DNA of 64,000 bases. Origin: an uncultured Acidimicrobiaceae bacterium. GTDB lineage: Bacteria > Actinomycetota > Acidimicrobiia > Acidimicrobiales > RAAP-2. The first letter of the stretch is position 1, and each line of letters starts with the position of its first letter. The stretch is from NCBI GenBank assembly GCA_963818915.1, contig CAWFTV010000015.1, positions 98,321 through 162,320 on the forward strand, given 5' to 3'. The notes under the pieces were generated by a model. It saw only the letters and a program-made list of their open reading frames with translations, had not been told where the DNA came from and made no database searches. This document shows, one piece after another, positions 57,159 through 64,000 of the stretch. The position numbers and the translations under genes are program-made.

Positions 57159-58445
57159 ATGAGCAAGACCAATTTCGAGTTTCTGGACGCGCTGGGACAG
57201 ATAGCCCGCGACAAGGGGATCTCAGTCGAAACACTGCTCGACGCCCTGGCCAATGCGCTGGTGGCCGCCTACAAGCGGCGTCCCGACGCGGCCGAAGAGG
57301 CCGTGGTGACAATCGACCCCGACTCGGGTGAGATCCGCGTCTACGGCCAGGAGCTGGACGAGGACGGCGAGGTCATCCGCGAGTGGGACGACACGCCGGA
57401 CGACTTCGGCCGCATCGCCGCGCAGACGGCGAAGCAGGTCATCCTCCAGCGCATCCGCGAAGTCGAGCGCGACATGAAGTACGAGGAGTACGCAGGGCGC
57501 GAGGGCGACATCGTGACCGGCATCGTGCAGCAGACCGACAACCGCTACACCCTTTTGGACCTGGGCAAGGTCGAAGCCCTGCTCCCGCAGGCCGAGCAGG
57601 TGTCCTATGAGCGCTACGAGCACGGCACCCGGCTCAAGGCTTACATCGTCGAGGTCCGCAAGACCAGCAAGGGTCCCCAGATCGTCGTCAGCCGCACCCA
57701 TCCGGGCTTGATCAAGCGCCTCTTCGAGCTCGAGGTACCGGAAATCTCTTCGGGAGTGGTCGAGATCAAGGCGGCTGCACGCGAGCCCGGGCACCGCACC
57801 AAGATCGCGGTCTGGTCCAACGACCCCAACGTCGACCCGGTCGGGGCCTGCGTCGGCGCACGCGGGTCCCGGGTACGCATGGTCACCAACGAGCTGCGCG
57901 GCGAGCGCGTCGATGTGGTGCCGTTCTCCGACGATCCGGTCGATCTCATTCAGAACGCGCTGGCTCCGGCACGCGTGCGCGAGGTGCGACTGGACGAGGA
58001 GACCGGTACGGCGACGGTGGTCGTGAGCGACTTCCAACTCTCGTTGGCCATCGGCAAGGAGGGCCAGAACGCCCGCCTGGCGGCGCGACTCACCGGGTGG
58101 CGCATCGACATCAAGAGCGAGACGCAACTGGCCGAGGAAGAGGCCGGGTACGGGGACCAGGAGTGGGCCGAGGGCGAGTGGGTCGAGGACGAATCCGGAG
58201 AAATGGTCTGGAAGCCCGCCGAGGGCGGCGAGGCCATGTCAGCGGAGGAGTGGACCCACCAGGCCGATGTCGCCCCAGGTGACGAGGCGGCGACGGCAAC
58301 GGAGGCGGCGACGGGGGCGGCAACGGCAACGGGGGAGGCCGGGGAGGCGTCCGAAGCAGCCCCGGCGACGCCGGACGGCCATGAGTCCGAATCGGCCACC
58401 GCGGTGGCCACCTCGACGCTCGCGGCCACAGAGGCCGAGGCATAG
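57159..58445 (+). CDS. nusA: transcription termination/antitermination factor NusA (with acidic/Ala-rich C-terminal tail)
   Basis: [30 protein letters not shown]...[19 protein letters not shown]... The KH region is [25 protein letters not shown]...[24 protein letters not shown]. Confidence 0.96.
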   Translation: MSKTNFEFLDALGQIARDKGISVETLLDALANALVAAYKRRPDAAEEAVVTIDPDSGEIRVYGQELDEDGEVIREWDDTPDDFGRIAAQTAKQVILQRIREVERDMKYEEYAGREGDIVTGIVQQTDNRYTLLDLGKVEALLPQAEQVSYERYEHGTRLKAYIVEVRKTSKGPQIVVSRTHPGLIKRLFELEVPEISSGVVEIKAAAREPGHRTKIAVWSNDPNVDPVGACVGARGSRVRMVTNELRGERVDVVPFSDDPVDLIQNALAPARVREVRLDEETGTATVVVSDFQLSLAIGKEGQNARLAARLTGWRIDIKSETQLAEEEAGYGDQEWAEGEWVEDESGEMVWKPAEGGEAMSAEEWTHQADVAPGDEAATATEAATGAATATGEAGEASEAAPATPDGHESESATAVATSTLAATEAEA

Positions 58446-58492
58446 CACCGACACGGACCTGCGTCGGGTGCCGCACGGCACGCCCCACCGAT

Positions 58493-58723
58493 GTGTTGGT
58501 CCGGGTCGTGCGGCAGGCCGACGGCCAGCTCAGGGTGGACCGAAAGGGCCCTGGCCGGGGTGCGTGGCTCTGCCGGGGGTCGGTCGCCTGCCTCCAGGAG
58601 GCGGGGCGCCGACGTGCCTTCCAACGGGCATACGGGGCACCAGTTGAGATGAACGCCATCGAGCAGCTTCGGGCAGATATCGCCCACGCGTCGAAGCAGG
58701 CTGTAGCCGATGTGCGAGGATAG
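58493..58723 (+). CDS. YlxR/DUF448 family RNA-binding protein; the conserved N-terminal motif lies upstream of the first canonical start
   Basis: The GTG at 58493 gives (M)[36 protein letters not shown]...RAF. The same frame, upstream to 58442, reads [18 protein letters not shown], which is the family CxxC motif. Its only start candidate is ATA at 58442. Confidence 0.75.
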   Translation: MLVRVVRQADGQLRVDRKGPGRGAWLCRGSVACLQEAGRRRAFQRAYGAPVEMNAIEQLRADIAHASKQAVADVRG

Positions 58724-58785
58724 GGGGCTGCCGGTGACCCCGGGGCCCCCACAGCACTTCCAGTACGAAGGACATAGAGAACCAC

Positions 58786-61706
58786 TTGCCGAAGAAGATC
58801 CGCGTCTATGAACTGGCCAAAGAGCTAGGCCTCAGCAACAAGGAAGGGCTTGACCTGGCCCTTTCCCTTGGTATCGGGGTGAAGAGCCACTCGTCGTCCA
58901 TTGAGGACGCGCAGGCGGACCGCGTCCGCCGAAAGGCCGACGCCGAAGGACTCCGTCGCGTCGTGACACCTGAGGAGCCGCCGGCACCACCACCGCCGGC
59001 CCCGGACAAGCGCGCCGCCGGCCGGACGATCTCGTCATCGACGCCGACGCGGACCACGGACGGCGAGGCCCGACCCCGCCTCATCAGCAGCAGGCCGACC
59101 GGGACCCCCGCCGCGACTGGCGCCGCCACCGCCGCCCCGCGCGTGGCGCCCCGACCCGCCCGGTCCGACGCCCCTGCCTCCGCACCCACTGCGCCGGCTC
59201 CCTCCGCACCACGTCCTACGGCACCCGCCGGCAGCCCGTCTCCGGCCGCCCCGGCTGCGCCCGCTGCACCCACTCCTCCGGCCGCGCCCGCTGCCCCGGC
59301 CCAGCCGTCCCCTCGGTCCGCTCCCGCGTCCGCGCCGACCGGCCCTGCGCCGCGTGGCGGCCTCGGCGGCGGCACCCCCCGCGGCGGCGACCCCCGCGGC
59401 GGCACCGGCTCCCGCACCCGCCCCGCTCCGCCGCACCTGCCGCGGCCGGGAGCACTCCGGCCGCACCGGCACCACCGGCCGAGCGGGCCCCCCGCCCGCC
59501 TTTGAGTCCTTCGGGGAAGCCGGTCCCCCCACCTCCGCCGCCACGGCCCCCGATCGGGCCCAGCGGACGGCCCATCCCACCCCCGCCGGGCATGGGCGGT
59601 CGACGCCCCTCGCCGCCCGCCGGGCGACCAGGTGGCAGCGGCTATCCCGCCCGCACCGGCGGCCGACCCGCCCCTGGGGCCGGACGTCCCACCGGCGGCC
59701 CGGGAGGCCCGGGCAGCAGCAGCTTCGGCAGCCGACCCTCCAGTGGCGGGTTCGGGGGCCGACCCTCCGGCGGCGGACCGGCCGGTGCGCCACCGGCAGC
59801 AGGCCGCAGCGGTCTCCCGGGGCGGCGCCCACCGCAGCGGCGCGCCCGCCGGCGCCGGCGCAACCTCGAAGAGCTCGAGCCCACGCAGCTCACCAGCTAC
59901 CAGCCCTCGACCGCGCCGGTGCCCGAAGGCGAGGTCATTGTCGAGCGCGGCTCAACGGCGCGCGACCTCGGGCCCAAGCTGAATCGCAGTGCGGGTGACA
60001 TCGTCCGCTTCCTCATGCTCCAGGGCGAGATGATCATGGCCACGCAGTCGTTGACCGACGACATGATCGAGCTCTTCGCGGCCGAAATCGGGGCCAGCGT
60101 GCGCCTGGTCGATCCGGGCGAGGAGCAGGAAGCGGAGTTGCTGGCCCGCTACTTCGAGGAGGAGGACGAGGAGGAGGACGCCGACCAGCGGCCCCGCCCG
60201 CCCGTGGTGACCGTGATGGGCCATGTCGACCACGGCAAGACCCTCCTGCTCGACCGCATCCGCTCGACGGACGTGGTGGCCGGCGAGGCCGGGGGCATCA
60301 CCCAGCACATCGGGGCCTACCAGGTCGTCTGGAACGACAAGAGGATCACGTTCATCGACACCCCGGGCCACGCCGCCTTCACGGCGATGCGGGCCCGCGG
60401 CGCCCAGGCGACCGACATCGTCGTGCTCGTCGTCGCCGCCGACGACGGCGTCATGCCCCAGACCATCGAGGCTATCGATCACGCCACCGCGGCCGACGTG
60501 CCGATCATCGTGGCCGTGAACAAGATGGACCGCCCCGACGCCGACGCCACCCGTGTGCTGCAGCAGCTGTCCGAGCGCGGCCTGGTGCCCGAGGCCTGGG
60601 GAGGCGACACCATCGTCGTGGAGGTCTCGGCCCTGCAGCGGACCGGCATCGAGGAACTGCTCGAGCAGATCACCCTGGTGGCCGAGGTCGAAGAGCTGAC
60701 CGCCAGGGTGGAGGGGGAGGCGCGCGGCGTCGTCCTCGAGGCCAACCTGGAAGCCGGTCGGGGGCCGGTGGCCACCGTCATCGTCCAGCAGGGCACCCTG
60801 CGCGTGGGCGACCCCGTGGTGGCCGGTGCCGCCTGGGGCAAGGTCAAGGCACTGGTCGACGATCTCGGCGATCACGTGAAAGAAGCCCTTCCGTCCACGC
60901 CGGTCCAGGTGCTCGGTTTCTCCGAGCCGCCGCACGCCGGGGACGAGATGCGGGGGGCGAAGGACCTGGCGCGGGCCCGTACGCTCGGGGAGGCGAGGGC
61001 CCAGCGGTTCCGGCTCTCGGGCCACAAGCCCGTCGCATCGGCCGCCACCGGGGCCAAGCTGGAAGACCTCTTCGAGCAGATCCAGCGGGGCGAGACGGCC
61101 ACGCTCAACATTGTGCTCAAGGCCGACGTGCAGGGTTCGTTGGAGGCAGTGACCGAGAGCCTCAAGCGTCTCGAGCGTGAGGACGTGAAGCTGAGCTTCG
61201 TCCTGCGCGGCATCGGGGGCATCACTGAGAACGACGTCCAGCTGGCTGCCGCATCGAGCGCCACCATCATCGGCTTCAACGTGCGACCGGACAAGCGCTC
61301 CCGGGAGCTGGCCGAATCTTCCGACGTGGAGATCCGGACCTACGAGATCATCTACAAACTGCTCGAGGACATCGAGGCGGCCATGCTCGGCCTGCTCTCG
61401 CCGCTGTACGAGGAGGTGGTCACGGGCGAGGCCGAGGTGAGGGAGATCTTCCGCGTGCCGCGGGTCGGGGCCATCGCCGGATGCTACGTGCGGGAGGGCA
61501 AGATCACCCGTGGCTCGAAGGTCCGGTTCCTGCGCGACGGCGCCGTCATCTGGAAGGGCGCCATCGTCTCCCTGCGCCGTTTCAAGGACGACGCCCGGGA
61601 GGTGGCGGCCGGGTTCGAGTGCGGCATCGGCCTCTCCGATTTCCAGGACCTCCACCCCGGGGACATCATCGAAACATTTGAGGAGCGCGAGATCGCAAGG
61701 ACGTGA
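58786..61706 (+). CDS. infB: translation initiation factor IF-2; apparent frame change in the Pro/Gly-rich linker near 59420-59440
   Basis: The TTG at 58786 gives the IF2_N domain [30 protein letters not shown]. That frame stops at 59505. The adjacent frame (track ORF 59502..61706) carries the linker, the second IF2_N, the G domain [17 protein letters not shown]...DTPGHAAF...NKMD and the C-terminal domains. The total of 2921 nt is not a multiple of 3. Confidence 0.85.
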
Positions 61707-61713
61707 CGTCACG

Positions 61714-62076
61714 GTGAAGCGACGGACGGCGACGTACCCCCGCGCCCTGCGGGTCAATCAGGTGTTGCGGCAGGTGATCGCCGAAGAGCTCGAGCGGCTG
61801 GCGGACGCCGACGAGCGCATCCGCATGGTCACCGTGACCTCAGTGGACACGGCGGCCGACATGCGGACGGCCACCGTGTTCCTGGCCACCCTGGACGACG
61901 ATGCGGCCGCCGCGCTCGAAGAGCGCCGCCCCCATCTCCAGCGCCTCATCGGGGCCCAGGTGACCCTCAAGCGCACGCCGCGGCTGACGTTCCGCGCCGA
62001 TCCGGCTATCGCCGCCGGATCCCGGGTCGAAGAGCTGCTCCGGGGCCTGGACAGGGATCACGAACCCCCTGAGTGA
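61714..62076 (+). CDS. rbfA: ribosome-binding factor A
   Basis: RALRVNQVLRQVIAEELERLADADERIRMVTVTSVDTAADMRTATVF...VTLKRTPRLTFRAD. The in-frame GTG at 61714 follows the infB stop. Confidence 0.92.
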   Translation: MKRRTATYPRALRVNQVLRQVIAEELERLADADERIRMVTVTSVDTAADMRTATVFLATLDDDAAAALEERRPHLQRLIGAQVTLKRTPRLTFRADPAIAAGSRVEELLRGLDRDHEPPE

Positions 62077-62107
62077 TGAGTGGGCTCATTGAGCGTGGGG
62101 TCGGGCG

Positions 62108-62983
62108 GTGAGCGCCACCGGTCTCGTCGTGATCGACAAGGAGGCCGGGTGGACGTCGCATGACGTCGTCGCCCGCTGCCGCCGCATTTTCGGGCAGCGA
62201 CGGGTGGGTCACGCCGGTACCTTGGATCCCGATGCGACCGGGGTGCTCCTGGTCGGCCTGGGGCGGGCCACCCGCCTCATGCGGTTCCTGACCGCGCTCC
62301 CGAAGACCTATGTGGCCGAGATCGTCCTCGGCACGGCCACGTCGACGCTCGACGCATCGGGGGAGGTGGTCGGGGAGTGGGACATGACGGCCGTGACGCC
62401 CGCCCAGGTCCGTGCGGCCGCCGCCGCCCTCACAGGGGCCATCGAGCAGGTCCCGCCCATGGTGTCCGCCGTCAAGATCGGCGGGCGCCGGCTCCACGAA
62501 CTGGCCCGCCAGGGGATTGAGGTCGAGCGCCCGCCCCGCAAGGTCTCGGTGTACCGCTTCGACGTCGAACCCGACCCCGGACGGCCCGGTGTCTACCGGG
62601 CCGAGGTGGAATGCTCCTCGGGGACCTACATCCGGGTCCTGGCCGACGACATCGGCACCGCGCTCGGTGGAGGGGCCCACATCGGCCTGTTGCGACGCAC
62701 CCGCATCGGTTCGTTCGGAGAGGGCGAGATGCGCCCCTTGGACCACTTGACCCACGACGCCATCCTCACCCCGGCCCAGGCCATGCGCGACCTGGCCCTG
62801 GTGCCGGTAGAGCCCGAGATAGCCGGCCTGATCGGGCGGGGACTGGCCCTCGACCGGGTCCCCATCGGTGCCGTGGGCGATGGCCCCTGGGCCATGGTGG
62901 ACCGGCACGGGAGCCTGCTGGCCGTCTACGAGGCCACGGGAACCGACCGCATCAAACCGGCCGTCGTAGTGGCCGGCGGCTGA
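62108..62983 (+). CDS. truB: tRNA pseudouridine(55) synthase
   Basis: GLVVIDKEAGWTSHDVVARCRRIFGQRRVGHAGTLDPDATGVLLVGLGRATRL...QVPPMVSAVKIGGRRLHELAR. Confidence 0.95.
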   Translation: MSATGLVVIDKEAGWTSHDVVARCRRIFGQRRVGHAGTLDPDATGVLLVGLGRATRLMRFLTALPKTYVAEIVLGTATSTLDASGEVVGEWDMTAVTPAQVRAAAAALTGAIEQVPPMVSAVKIGGRRLHELARQGIEVERPPRKVSVYRFDVEPDPGRPGVYRAEVECSSGTYIRVLADDIGTALGGGAHIGLLRRTRIGSFGEGEMRPLDHLTHDAILTPAQAMRDLALVPVEPEIAGLIGRGLALDRVPIGAVGDGPWAMVDRHGSLLAVYEATGTDRIKPAVVVAGG

Positions 62984-63002
62984 CGTCTAGTTTTAACGCG
63001 CG

Positions 63003-63926
63003 ATGCCCGGAACTGCCGTCTCCATCGGCGCCTACGATGGCGTGCACCTCGGGCATCGGGCCCTCCTGCGTGATCTCTCCGCCCGGGCCGAGGCGGCGGA
63101 TCTCTCGACCGTCGTGGTGACCTTCGATCGGCATCCGGCCGGTGTGGTGCGGCCCGAGTCCGCGCCGCCCCAGCTCACCGACCTGGAGCAGAAGCTCGAA
63201 CTGCTGGCCGCCTGCGGCGTCGACCGCACCTACGTGGTGGCCTTCGACGAGAACCGCGCCAACGAGTCCGCCGAGGACTTCGTCAAGGAAGTACTGGTGG
63301 ACCAGCTGAACGCCCGTCTGGTGGTGGTGGGGGAGGACTTCCACTTCGGCCACGGGCGCAAGGGCAACGTGGCCCTCTTGACCAAACTGGGCCAGCAGTA
63401 CGGCTTCGAGGTGATCGGAGCCCGGCTCACCGGCGACGGCACTGAATCTGAAGCGACCGAGCCGGTCTCGTCCACCCGTATCAGGACGCTGGTGGCGCAA
63501 GGGGACGTCGTCGGGGCGGCCGCGCTGTTGGGCCGGCCCCACGAGGTCAGGGGCGCGGTGGTGCGCGGGGACGGGCGGGGCGGCCCTGAGCTGGGCTTCC
63601 CGACCGCCAACCTCGCCGTGGCCGACGACATCGCGCTCCCGGCCGACGGGATGTACGCCGGGTATTTCACCCGGGCCGACGGCTCTGTGCACCCGGCGGC
63701 CATCTACGTGGGGCGCCGCCCCACCTTCTACGAGCCGGGCACCGCATCGGTCCTGGTGGAGGCCTACCTCCTCGACTTCGACGGGGACCTCTACGGCGAG
63801 CACAGCCGGGTGTCGTTCGTCGACCGCCTCCGGGGCGACCAGAAGTTCGACACCGTGGACGCCCTCATCGCCCAGATGCACCAAGATGTGGCGAACGCGG
63901 AGAAGGTGCTCTCGGCTGATCGCTGA
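63003..63926 (+). CDS. ribF: bifunctional riboflavin kinase / FMN adenylyltransferase
   Basis: AVSIGAYDGVHLGHRALL...VVVTFDRHP...VVGEDFHFGHGRKGN...GFPTANL...GMYAGY...YVGRRPTFY...VEAYLLDFDGDLYG. Confidence 0.95.
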   Translation: MPGTAVSIGAYDGVHLGHRALLRDLSARAEAADLSTVVVTFDRHPAGVVRPESAPPQLTDLEQKLELLAACGVDRTYVVAFDENRANESAEDFVKEVLVDQLNARLVVVGEDFHFGHGRKGNVALLTKLGQQYGFEVIGARLTGDGTESEATEPVSSTRIRTLVAQGDVVGAAALLGRPHEVRGAVVRGDGRGGPELGFPTANLAVADDIALPADGMYAGYFTRADGSVHPAAIYVGRRPTFYEPGTASVLVEAYLLDFDGDLYGEHSRVSFVDRLRGDQKFDTVDALIAQMHQDVANAEKVLSADR

Positions 63927-64000
63927 GCACCTGCTAGGCTGTTCGCCGGTTGGGGCTGGTCCCCGCCCTACTCCTTCAACGTTCCGAGGTTCTTCGATTT

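Overview
This is a very GC-rich chromosomal segment of actinobacterial type; the lineage is an inference from gene order only. Almost all of it is core housekeeping genes in the conserved actinobacterial order. That order runs tig-clpP-clpX, folC, ndk, mreB-mreC-mreD-PBP2, a radical-SAM pair, RNase E/G, rplU-rpmA, then obg-proB-proA. It continues with nadD-rsfS, an mtrA/mtrB-like pair plus lipoprotein, and xerC-rpsB-tsf-pyrH-frr-cdsA-dxr-rseP-ispG-proS. It ends with rimP-nusA-ylxR-infB-rbfA-truB-ribF. About 55 protein genes and one tRNA-Pro are supportable.

I see no CRISPR array, prophage, transposase or recognisable defence island, and I cannot honestly point to a clear new multi-gene system. 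The non-core material falls into four groups:
- Two paralogous secreted proteins are built from about 42-aa propeller-type repeats. One is fused to a G1 (eqolisin-type) glutamic peptidase domain and the other to a GH25/DUF1906-like hydrolase domain.
- A block of about 6.9 kb sits between rpmA and obg. It holds VOC, PNP, copper amine oxidase, a DtxR-family regulator, an MtaD-like deaminase and a DUF222/HNH gene.
- A MoxR-type AAA+ ATPase and a CoxE-type VWA protein are coupled to proA.
- Several small genes are present, including a 51-aa zinc-ribbon gene absent from the ORF track.

Two sequence-level oddities stand out. First, at least five and possibly seven conserved genes are interrupted by single-nucleotide frame changes, including the essential nadD and infB. 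Consensus indel errors are the most likely cause, and this must be resolved before any biology is read into them. Second, a 26-nt tandem repeat triplicates the obg-stop/proB-start ATGA junction.

All calls come from reading the translations and motifs by eye. No database search was run, and start codons are approximate.
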